Assembly: GCA_016218965.1 (NCBI GenBank)
Contig: JACRCP010000248.1
Location: 10,517-74,516 of the forward strand
Reading direction: 5' to 3'
From: Deltaproteobacteria bacterium
Lineage (GTDB): Bacteria; Myxococcota; SpSt-1050; JACRCP01
Length of the DNA stretch: 64,000 nt
Made by a program: the position numbers and the translations under genes. Position 1 is the stretch's first letter; each line of letters begins with the position of its first letter. This document shows positions 37,284 through 44,999 of the stretch, in pieces. Below the pieces are notes generated by a model. That model was not told the DNA's origin and did not search any database. It saw only the letters and a program-made list of their open reading frames with translations.

Positions 37284-38473
37284 TGAACGCGGTCGAAGCC
37301 AAGAGTCTCTCGAAAGTCTACCGGCTGTACCCCAATCCGCGGCAGCTCCTGGTGGAGTACCTGACGTTTCGGCGGCGCCGGACCCATGCGGAGTTTTGGG
37401 CGCTCAAGGACATCACGTTTTCGGTCCCGCGCGGAGGGGTGTTCGGGTTAATCGGCGACAACGGCGCGGGCAAGAGCACCCTTCTCCGCGTCCTCGCCGG
37501 CGCCACCCAGCCGACCTCCGGGACACTCGTCGTCGAGAGCCCTTCGGCCTCGCTCATCGACCTCGGCACGGGGTTCAAACCCGATTTCACGGGGCGTGAC
37601 AACGTGCGCCTGAATTGCGCGCTCCTCGGCTTCAACGCGCGTCAGACCGAGGAGGCACTCCAGGACATTGTGGCGTTTTCGGAACTCGGGAAGTTCATCG
37701 ACTATCCCCTTCAGACGTACTCATCGGGGATGATCATGCGCCTGGGGTTCGCCGTTGCGGCAAGCGTCCCTTCGCGCGTGATCTTCATAGACGAGGTCAT
37801 CGCGGTCGGCGACAACTACTTCCAGCACAAGTGCATCGACCGCCTCTCGGCGCTCCAGCGCGACGGCCGCACAATCGTGTTCGCCACCCACAACCTTCAC
37901 GCCGTCAAGACCATGTGCCACCAGGTGATGTGGCTCAAAAGCGGCGTGTGCGAGGCGCTGGGCCCCGCCGAGGATGTCGTGGCGCGCTATAGCGACTACA
38001 CGCGCGCGCGGGACGGATGCGCCGCCGAAGAGCAGCACGCGGTGACCCACCAGTCCAGGCATGTTTCGGTCCTCGGGGTGCGCGTGGTGGGGGCGGACGG
38101 GCGCGAGGCGGCGGAGTTCGAGACGGGACAGCGCGTCGCCGTCGAGGTGGATTTCCGCGCCGACGCCCCGGTTGTCGACCCCGCGTTCGGCGTTGCGATC
38201 CACCGGAACGACGGCGTCTACTGCTTCGGACCGAACACGGCGTGGGACAAGGTGCTCTACGGTGAGTACTGCGGCGACTACCGGCTCTCGATCACGTACC
38301 CCGCGCTCCCCCTGCTGGCCGGGAGCTACCTGGTGTCGGTGGGCATCTTCGACCGGGAACACGTCGTCCCGTACGTGTACCACGACCGGATGTACGGTTT
38401 CGCCGTTCGAACCTCCCGTCCGGAATACGGCATGGTTCTGATCGAGCACGAGTGGGGGATCCGAAAACTGTGA
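37283..38473 (+). CDS. wzt: ABC transporter ATP-binding protein (Wzt/TagH family) with C-terminal substrate-binding beta-sandwich extension
   Basis: Walker A (GDNGAGKST), signature (YSSGM) and Walker B (IFIDEV), plus a ~150-aa C-terminal domain typical of Wzt proteins that recognise a terminally modified glycan. The track ORF from 36710 is a spurious extension. Confidence 0.85.
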   Translation: MNAVEAKSLSKVYRLYPNPRQLLVEYLTFRRRRTHAEFWALKDITFSVPRGGVFGLIGDNGAGKSTLLRVLAGATQPTSGTLVVESPSASLIDLGTGFKPDFTGRDNVRLNCALLGFNARQTEEALQDIVAFSELGKFIDYPLQTYSSGMIMRLGFAVAASVPSRVIFIDEVIAVGDNYFQHKCIDRLSALQRDGRTIVFATHNLHAVKTMCHQVMWLKSGVCEALGPAEDVVARYSDYTRARDGCAAEEQHAVTHQSRHVSVLGVRVVGADGREAAEFETGQRVAVEVDFRADAPVVDPAFGVAIHRNDGVYCFGPNTAWDKVLYGEYCGDYRLSITYPALPLLAGSYLVSVGIFDREHVVPYVYHDRMYGFAVRTSRPEYGMVLIEHEWGIRKL

Positions 38474-39396
38474 CGACGCGCCGAATCGGAATAGACCTCA
38501 CCGCAGTCTGCAATCTGCGCTGCACGATGTGCGCCCTCGACCGGTTTCACCCGTCGCGGGGGGTCCTCGATTTTTCGCTCCTTGGCGAAATCGCGGCCGG
38601 CCTGTCTTTTTTCGACGAGGTTCACGTAGGGTGGTGCGGCGAGCCGCTCATGCACCCCCGATTCGCCGAGGCGGCGGCGCTTCTCAAACGCGCCGGTCCG
38701 CGGCTGGTGGTGACGACCAACGGCACGCTCCTCGACCCGGGCACCGCGGACGCGCTGGTCGACGCCCGCCTCGATGTCTTGAACGTTTCGATCGACGGCT
38801 CCACGCCCGAGCGTTACTCGCGAATCCGCCGGGGCGGCGACCTGCGGGCGGTGCTTTCGAACGTGCGGACGTACCTTGCGCGGCGGAAGCCCGGGCAGTG
38901 CGTGAACATGATCTCGACGGTCCATGCGGAAAACGTCGACGACATGGAAGACCTCGCGCGCCTCGCCCGCGACACGGGGTTCGACGCGATGGCGTTTAAT
39001 TTCGCCGTCCCGCACTTTTCGGAGATCGTGTCCTCGGACAGCGGGACGTTCGACGCGGCCCGCGCCGTCGGGCGGGCGCGCGAAGCCGCGGGGGCTTTTG
39101 CAGATCGGGTAGTCGCCCCGTCGTTTTCGGCCTCTCGGGGATGCGCGTATCTCACGCCCGCGATCACCCCCGAAGGGGACCTGGTACCGTGCGCCATGAT
39201 GCTGTTCGAGCGCGACACGTTCTATCGGGGGCGGGCGGTGCGCGTCGCGCGGCGTTCGTTCGGAAACGTCGGCGCCGTCCCGCTCTTGCGAATCATCGAG
39301 TCGCCGGACTATCTGGCGTTTGTCGGGACTGCGCGCGCGTCCAGCGCGGATTCGTGCGGACCGTGCGCGCTCAACGCGGGCTGTTTCTGCCCGTGA
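38452..39396 (+). CDS. Radical SAM enzyme with C-terminal SPASM-type Cys cluster (rSAM #1)
   Basis: CxxxCxxC (CNLRCTMC) near the N-terminus and a C-terminal CGPCALNAGCFC cluster. The start is ATG 38452 or GTG 38470, both overlapping the wzt stop. Confidence 0.8.
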   Translation: MGDPKTVTTRRIGIDLTAVCNLRCTMCALDRFHPSRGVLDFSLLGEIAAGLSFFDEVHVGWCGEPLMHPRFAEAAALLKRAGPRLVVTTNGTLLDPGTADALVDARLDVLNVSIDGSTPERYSRIRRGGDLRAVLSNVRTYLARRKPGQCVNMISTVHAENVDDMEDLARLARDTGFDAMAFNFAVPHFSEIVSSDSGTFDAARAVGRAREAAGAFADRVVAPSFSASRGCAYLTPAITPEGDLVPCAMMLFERDTFYRGRAVRVARRSFGNVGAVPLLRIIESPDYLAFVGTARASSADSCGPCALNAGCFCP

Positions 39397-39410
39397 GAAG
39401 GGAGAGCGAA

Positions 39411-40319
39411 ATGCTCAAGACCAATGAGGTGCGGCTCGTCATCCAGTCGGTCATCGGCGAAGTGACCTCGCCGCGGGTGCGCACGCCCCCGTACCGCGTG
39501 AGCACCGAAGGCGTTCCGGTGGTGCTCCCGGGGACCGGAGGGATAACGTTCAACGTGCGCGTGGGGGACCCGGCGTTCGGGTGGGCCGCCGACCACGTCG
39601 AACCCGGGGTCTCGGCCCGGAACCGCGAAAGCAAGGAGGGGTACGGCCCGGAGAACGAGGGGTTCAACTGCCTGTCCTGCGTGGGGAACGAGGCGGTCGT
39701 TGTGACCGGCGGGGCCAAGGGCGAAAAGGGGCGTGTCACCGGGAAGCACGGCGGGATCGAGCACGTCCTGATTGATTTCGGCTGGAAAGTCCTTGACAGG
39801 ATGGTCGTGGGCGACAAGATCCAGGTGCGCGCGCACGGCCAGGGGCTCAAGATCCTGGACCAACCCGCGGTCACCGTGATGAACCTCGACCCCGGTCTCC
39901 TGCACCTGATGGGGTGCCGGGTTGACGCAAGGCGGAACCTGCACGTGCCGGTCGTATGCCGCGTCCCGCCGGTGTTGATGGGGTCCGGCGTCGGCTCGAC
40001 TTCGGCGTACAGCGGCGACTACGACATCACGACGGCCGACAAGGCCCTGATCTCGCACCTTGGCATAGACAAGCTGCGGTTCGGCGACATCGTGGCGATA
40101 GACGACCATGACAGCAGCTACGGCCGGGCGTTCAGGCGCGGGGCCGTCACCATCGGCGCCGTGATCCACTCCGACTGCGTCCTCGCCGGGCACGGTCCCG
40201 GCGTAACTGCCCTGATGACGTCGAAAGAGGGGAAGATCGTGCCCGAACTGCACCCCGCGGCCAACATCGCGAGGTACCTGGGGCTGCGAAAGGACGTGTT
40301 CGGGAGGAAACCGCGCTGA
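39411..40319 (+). CDS. Conserved hypothetical protein (possibly DUF4438-like), ~300 aa
   Basis: Strong RBS (GAAGGGAGAG) 6 nt upstream of the ATG. Gly-rich and soluble, with no recognisable catalytic motif; the family assignment is from memory only. Confidence 0.65.
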   Translation: MLKTNEVRLVIQSVIGEVTSPRVRTPPYRVSTEGVPVVLPGTGGITFNVRVGDPAFGWAADHVEPGVSARNRESKEGYGPENEGFNCLSCVGNEAVVVTGGAKGEKGRVTGKHGGIEHVLIDFGWKVLDRMVVGDKIQVRAHGQGLKILDQPAVTVMNLDPGLLHLMGCRVDARRNLHVPVVCRVPPVLMGSGVGSTSAYSGDYDITTADKALISHLGIDKLRFGDIVAIDDHDSSYGRAFRRGAVTIGAVIHSDCVLAGHGPGVTALMTSKEGKIVPELHPAANIARYLGLRKDVFGRKPR

Positions 40320-40438
40320 ACCTGACCACCGACTACGTCGAGCGGCGCCGACGGCTCGAGCGCGCCCATTTCGAGGTCCTGCGCAAGTGCACGGACGGGT
40401 CGCTCCATTCGGGATTTCTCCCTCTGGTCCATTTCGTC

Positions 40439-41266
40439 GTGCACCAGGTCTTCAGATCGCGCCGGCTCATGCGGGCCGGCGTCCGGAACCTCCTGAACAT
40501 CCGCACCCGAAGGGTTTCGCTTGCGCCCCCGGGACTTCCACGGGCGTTTGACGGGTTTTCCATCCTGCTCCTCTCGGACATGCACCTCGGGTCGATCCCC
40601 GAGCTCGGGCCGGCTGTCGTCCGGGTGATAGAGGGTCTTCGCGCCGACGTCTGCGTGTTCGCCGGCGACTTCCGCCTTTATGCGCACCAGAGCGGCCCGA
40701 CGTTCGAAACGGACCTGCGCCGGATCGTCGATGCGGTCCGCGCACCGGCGGGCCTGTACGGCGTCCTCGGGAACCACGACACGATTGACGACGCGCGCCT
40801 TGCAGATTGCCTGGGAATCAGAATGCTCGTCAACGAGGCCGTGTCGATCCGGCGGGACGGCGCGACCATCCGTCTCGCCGGGGTCGACGACCCCCACACG
40901 TACCGGCTTGACGACCTTGACCGCGCTCTCGCCGGCGCCCCGAAGGGGGCTTTCACGGTCCTTGCCGCACACACATCCGAGATCGCCGCCGACGCGGCGC
41001 ACAAGGGCGTCGGCCTTTACCTGTGCGGTCACACGCACGGGGGGCAGATCTGTCTTCCCGGGGGCGTGCCCCTGCTGGTCTCGACCCGGTCGCCGCGGGC
41101 GTACGCCTGCGGCGAATGGGACCTGCGCGGAATGAAAGGCTATACGAGCGCCGGGGTCGGGGCGTCCATCGTTCCGGCCCGGTTCAACTGCCCCGGGGAG
41201 GTTGTCACAATCGAAATGAGGGCTAAAAGCAGTCGGACTCGCCCAGCTCGTACCAGTTGCCCTTGA
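40439..41266 (+). CDS. Calcineurin-like metallophosphoesterase
   Basis: Motifs D.H (SDMHLG), GD (FAGDF), GNHD (LGNHD), and GH.H (CGHTHGG). The N-terminus may extend upstream, since the frame is open back to 40319. Confidence 0.75.
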   Translation: MHQVFRSRRLMRAGVRNLLNIRTRRVSLAPPGLPRAFDGFSILLLSDMHLGSIPELGPAVVRVIEGLRADVCVFAGDFRLYAHQSGPTFETDLRRIVDAVRAPAGLYGVLGNHDTIDDARLADCLGIRMLVNEAVSIRRDGATIRLAGVDDPHTYRLDDLDRALAGAPKGAFTVLAAHTSEIAADAAHKGVGLYLCGHTHGGQICLPGGVPLLVSTRSPRAYACGEWDLRGMKGYTSAGVGASIVPARFNCPGEVVTIEMRAKSSRTRPARTSCP

Positions 41267-41405
41267 GCGGCGGCTCGGCCTTCGGGGCCTTCGGGGCCTT
41301 CCCGGCGGCTTTTGCCTTGTGGGCATCTTCCTCTGAGAGCTGGTATTTCTTGAGGACGTCGGGCGGAATCTTGTAGAGCTTCCCCTCGATGACCGTGTAT
41401 TTTTC
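41223..41405 (-). CDS. Candidate independently translated small peptide (61 aa), in-frame with rSAM #2: MEKYTVIEGKLYKIPPDVLKKYQLSEEDAHKAKAAGKAPKAPKAEPPLKGNWYELGESDCF
   Basis: Has its own Shine-Dalgarno: AGGAGGG is 9 nt upstream of the ATG on the minus strand. It lies beyond the end of the SPASM domain. It contains K/A/P repeats and a single Cys at the C-terminus. Confidence 0.3.
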   Translation of the reverse strand, partial: EKYTVIEGKLYKIPPDVLKKYQLSEEDAHKAKAAGKAPKAPKAEPPLKGNWYELGESDCF

Positions 41406-42341
41406 CATTCGTCCGTTCCCTCCTGCGTTCGCCGTACGCACTATATCATATGCCCGCGCAAAGGCCAATTTCAGACGGCACTGCGGCCCTTGTCTCTTTG
41501 ACCCCAACTTGGGGACGCATCGCGTACAATCCCGGAGAGCCGGGCAACGGCTGCACGCCGCCGAATCGACGATCAGGCGCGCGGCATTCGAAACCGGGCT
41601 TCGGTGGCAGGGGAGCACCGTCCCGTCGGGTTCGATGGTCATGGTATCCACGCCCGGATTGCAGGCCGCCGCCCTCCCCTCGCGCGCGCGTTCGAAATCG
41701 GACACGCGCGGGAGGACGCCGGTTTTTACCCCTCTTTCGTATTCCGCGGCCAATGCGCACAGCGAGCCGTCGAGGCGTTGAATCGGGCGGGGACCCCATC
41801 GGATGTTTGCCGCGGGGGCGATTCCCAGTTGCGTAACGCCGATCCCCGCGAGGTACAGCGCGTCGTCCCGGACGTGTCCCGCGGAGGCGGGCGTCACGGT
41901 CATCCGGACTGCCGTCGGCACGCCCGCCTTTGACAGCAACTCGAAGGCCCGAACGACCCTTGCATGCGTCGGAGACCCGCCGGCCGCCCTCCTGTGCCGG
42001 TCGTGCGTTTCGGTCTTGCCGTCGAGCGCAAGGGACACGGAGATGCCGTTTCGCGAAAGGAACCCGGCGGTCCCGGCATCGAGCAAGGTCCCGTTGGTGT
42101 TGAGCGTGAAAGCGCATTCCGGGTGCGCCAAAACCGCGGCGCGCAGCAGTTCGAAACGGAGCAGCGGCTCCCCGCCGAAGAAGACGACATCCCTCTTCCC
42201 GCGCGGGACGCGTTCGACAAGCGTGTCGAAAGAACGGATCATCGCCCGCCGGTCGGTTCTCCGCACGCGCCCGCCGCGGCCTGCGTAGCAATACCCGCAA
42301 CGGAGATTGCACGCGCCCGTGAGCTTGAGAACGATTCTCAT
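41223..42341 (-). CDS. Radical SAM/SPASM enzyme (rSAM #2) carrying an in-frame 61-aa C-terminal extension
   Basis: CxxxCxxC (CNLRCGYC) and a SPASM cluster (CSRCPALRDCTRC...C). The ATG overlaps the stop of the upstream GT2 gene (ATGA). The ORF reads through 'GGNGR' into the peptide-like tail with no stop. Confidence 0.75.
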   Translation of the reverse strand: MRIVLKLTGACNLRCGYCYAGRGGRVRRTDRRAMIRSFDTLVERVPRGKRDVVFFGGEPLLRFELLRAAVLAHPECAFTLNTNGTLLDAGTAGFLSRNGISVSLALDGKTETHDRHRRAAGGSPTHARVVRAFELLSKAGVPTAVRMTVTPASAGHVRDDALYLAGIGVTQLGIAPAANIRWGPRPIQRLDGSLCALAAEYERGVKTGVLPRVSDFERAREGRAAACNPGVDTMTIEPDGTVLPCHRSPVSNAARLIVDSAACSRCPALRDCTRCVPKLGSKRQGPQCRLKLAFARAYDIVRTANAGGNGRMEKYTVIEGKLYKIPPDVLKKYQLSEEDAHKAKAAGKAPKAPKAEPPLKGNWYELGESDCF

Positions 42342-43111
42342 CTCCCGCCACCGACCGCCCACCGCCCGCCGCCAAGCCGTGCGAGCCTGCCCGATCTCAC
42401 CCACTTCTCGAGAAACCGTTCCTTTCCCTTAATTCGTATCTCGAGGTCGTCGGGGCGGAGCCCAAAGCTCGCGGACTCCTCATGGATGAAGACGGCCGAG
42501 GGCTCGTACACGCTCGACCAACCGGCCTCGACGAAACGCAGGCCCATGTCGCAGTCATCGTACATTCCGAACCCGAAGCCCTCGTCAAGGCCCCCCAGTT
42601 CCCGAAAAGGCGCCGTCCGCAGAAGGATCGCCGCGTACGTGATCATGTCAAGCTCCCGGGGCTCCAGGACCTCCGGGGCGTGGCGGGTGAAGTATCGGTA
42701 CCTGTGGACGGGAATCCCTTCGCTCCCGATCTCGATCCCCGCGTGCGCCACCGTAATGCCGTCCGGAAACAGGAGCAGCGCGCCGACCGCTGCCGCCCGG
42801 GCGCGCTCGTCGAGCGCTCGGGACATAGCGGTGTCCCATCCGCCGAAGGGCACGACGTCGGAATTGAGAAGGAAGAAACGGTCAGATTGGACCAGCGACG
42901 CACCGCGGTTTGCCGCCGCGGGGAACCCGAGGTTTCGCTCGTGCACAACCGCGCGAACCCCATGCCTTCGTGAGCAGCCCCGGACAAGCTCGCGCGTCGC
43001 CGCATCCGGGGACGCATCGTCGACCAGGATCACATCGTGTCCGCGGAGATGCCCGAGCAGGCGTGCGAGGCCGGGGGCGTTGCCGTACACGGGGATGACT
43101 ACTTCAGCCAC
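42338..43111 (-). CDS. Family 2 glycosyltransferase
   Basis: GT-A fold motifs: VILVDDAS, DxD-like (NSDVV) and a C-terminal acceptor region. Overlaps both flanking rSAM genes. Confidence 0.85.
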   Translation of the reverse strand: MAEVVIPVYGNAPGLARLLGHLRGHDVILVDDASPDAATRELVRGCSRRHGVRAVVHERNLGFPAAANRGASLVQSDRFFLLNSDVVPFGGWDTAMSRALDERARAAAVGALLLFPDGITVAHAGIEIGSEGIPVHRYRYFTRHAPEVLEPRELDMITYAAILLRTAPFRELGGLDEGFGFGMYDDCDMGLRFVEAGWSSVYEPSAVFIHEESASFGLRPDDLEIRIKGKERFLEKWVRSGRLARLGGGRWAVGGGR

Positions 43112-44022
43112 GGGGCGTGCTCCGGCGCAAGGTACGAAAGCGCGTAGGGTCCGTCAATGAAACACTCCGGTTTGAAGCACTCGGACTTGAGAGCGTCAAG
43201 GACGAGGCCGTCCCATCGCGCGGGGACTTCCCCGATCGGAAGCGCGAGTTCGTGCGAGTGGCAGAGCCTGAATTTCCCGTCGGGGTCCACGACGCCGGTC
43301 AGTCCCTTGCACGCGCAGGGCCTGTGTGCGCCCGTCCTCAAAAACCGCCCGATGGCCGCGGTGAAATCAAGGTTCCCTTTTGCGCGATCGGGAAGCCTGT
43401 TGAGCACGGTATCGAGATTGGCCACCTGCGCCGGCGTCCAGGAGACATCGGACTCCCCTCGAAAATACGAACCCCGGACAGCCGGCCGGAGCGCAACCTC
43501 GCAGTCATAGTACTCCGCGACCGCGGCGACATCCAGAAGCGCCTCCGCCCCGCCCGGCGCCACCGTGACCGACAGCCTCGGGCGCTTCCGGAAGTGGTCC
43601 CTGACAAAGAGGATCCCCCGGAGAACCTCGTCGTAGCTCCCCGTTTGCCCGTGGCGCGCGTCGTGGACGGGGGCAAAGCCGTCGAGCGAAAGGCAGACCA
43701 GAAGGTCGGGGTCGGCGCCGGCAAGCCTTTCGAGAACAGGCCGGGCCTGCCACGCGTTGGTGACGACCGCGCGCTCGTGCGCGCGCGGGAAACGCCCCCT
43801 CGCCCACGCGATCGCCTCGGCGAGCCTGGGAAAGAGCGTCGGCTCACCCCCGAACCAGTTCAGGTACTCGAGGCCGTCGAAGAACGGGTGCCCGAGGGCC
43901 TGTTTGATTCGGTCAAGGTCAAGGAATTCGGGGGGTGAAGGCGCCTGCTTCCAGATCGAACAGATGGTGCACCTGAGGTTGCACCGCCATGTCACCGCGA
44001 TACTAAGGAGCTTGAGCGCCAT
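43099..44022 (-). CDS. Radical SAM enzyme with C-terminal Cys-rich (SPASM/twitch-like) region (rSAM #3)
   Basis: CxxxCxxC (CNLRCTIC) and C-terminal cysteines (RPCACKG...RLCHSH...ECFKPEC). The start was chosen at MALKLL; the track ORF extends to 44052. Confidence 0.7.
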   Translation of the reverse strand: MALKLLSIAVTWRCNLRCTICSIWKQAPSPPEFLDLDRIKQALGHPFFDGLEYLNWFGGEPTLFPRLAEAIAWARGRFPRAHERAVVTNAWQARPVLERLAGADPDLLVCLSLDGFAPVHDARHGQTGSYDEVLRGILFVRDHFRKRPRLSVTVAPGGAEALLDVAAVAEYYDCEVALRPAVRGSYFRGESDVSWTPAQVANLDTVLNRLPDRAKGNLDFTAAIGRFLRTGAHRPCACKGLTGVVDPDGKFRLCHSHELALPIGEVPARWDGLVLDALKSECFKPECFIDGPYALSYLAPEHAPWLK

Positions 44023-44176
44023 CGACGCGGATTTTAGGGCGGTCCGCGTCATTTGGCAACGCTTCGGTCCGCGCCAACGGTCCGTTTCGACCAGCGAGTT
44101 CGCAGATCCTTCTCATTTGACACCACGGGTGCCTGTCTATAAGATCGGTTCCGACAGACGGCCAAGAAGGGCACCG

Positions 44177-44866
44177 ATGCTGAACAGCCTTGACGAAATC
44201 CGCGATCGCATTGTCCGGTCGTACGACCCGGAACGGATAATCCTTTTCGGGTCGTGGGCGCGGGGCGAGGCAGACGAAACTAGTGATGTCGATTTGCTGG
44301 TCATCAAGGACACCGCGGCCAGGCCGCTCGATCGCCGCTGCACCGTGGAAAAAATCCTTCTTGATAGAGACGTGCCGCTGGACCTTCTCGTCTACACGCC
44401 GGCAGAGGTCCGCTACCTGTATTCCATCGGGAGTCCGTTTATCGAAGACGTCATGGAAACCGGGAGGGTCCTGTACATGCGGAAGGCGACGGAAAGCTGG
44501 GTCGGGGACAGCGAAGAAGAGTTGAGAACCGCACAAGTGCTGATCGAACACGACAGATTCAGGGGCGTCTGTTACCACAGCCAGCAGTGCGTCGAGAAAG
44601 GACTCAAGGCGGCGATCATCGAGAAAGGCAGCCGTCCCGAAAAGACCCATGACGTTCTTGAGCTTCTGAAGGAGGCCCGCAACCTGGGGTTCGAGATCCC
44701 CCTTGAGATGGATGACGCGGTCTTCCTGAACAGCATCTACAAGGGAAGATACCCGACCGAAGAGGGCCTTCTCCCGCACGGCGACCCGTCGCGCGACGAC
44801 GCCGAGCGCGCGTTGCGCGCGGCGGACTCGTTTTTTTCAGCCCTGCGCTCGTCTTTCGGTTGTTAG
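44177..44866 (+). CDS. Fused nucleotidyltransferase (Pol-beta-like MNT) plus HEPN-domain protein
   Basis: N-terminal GS...D.D NTase motif (FGSWARGEADETSDVDLLV). The C-terminal helical domain has an Rx4-6H-like element (RPEKTHD). The architecture resembles fused MntA-HepT or kanamycin-nucleotidyltransferase-type proteins. Confidence 0.7.
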   Translation: MLNSLDEIRDRIVRSYDPERIILFGSWARGEADETSDVDLLVIKDTAARPLDRRCTVEKILLDRDVPLDLLVYTPAEVRYLYSIGSPFIEDVMETGRVLYMRKATESWVGDSEEELRTAQVLIEHDRFRGVCYHSQQCVEKGLKAAIIEKGSRPEKTHDVLELLKEARNLGFEIPLEMDDAVFLNSIYKGRYPTEEGLLPHGDPSRDDAERALRAADSFFSALRSSFGC

Positions 44867-44999
44867 TTTTTTTGGGGCACGCGCGTTTTTGGCACGCCCG
44901 TTTTTGCGCCTTTACAGCGCCTTTTTGTTACATATAATGTGGGCGACGGAATGTTGAAGGACAATCCCACCAGTACACCCACCATGGAGCCCAGAGGTC

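Noticed and set aside
44880-44915. Possible sigma54 promoter (TGGCACGCCCGTTTTTGC)
   Set aside because: The GG-to-GC spacing is 13 nt instead of the canonical 10. It is kept only as part of the phased T-tract observation.
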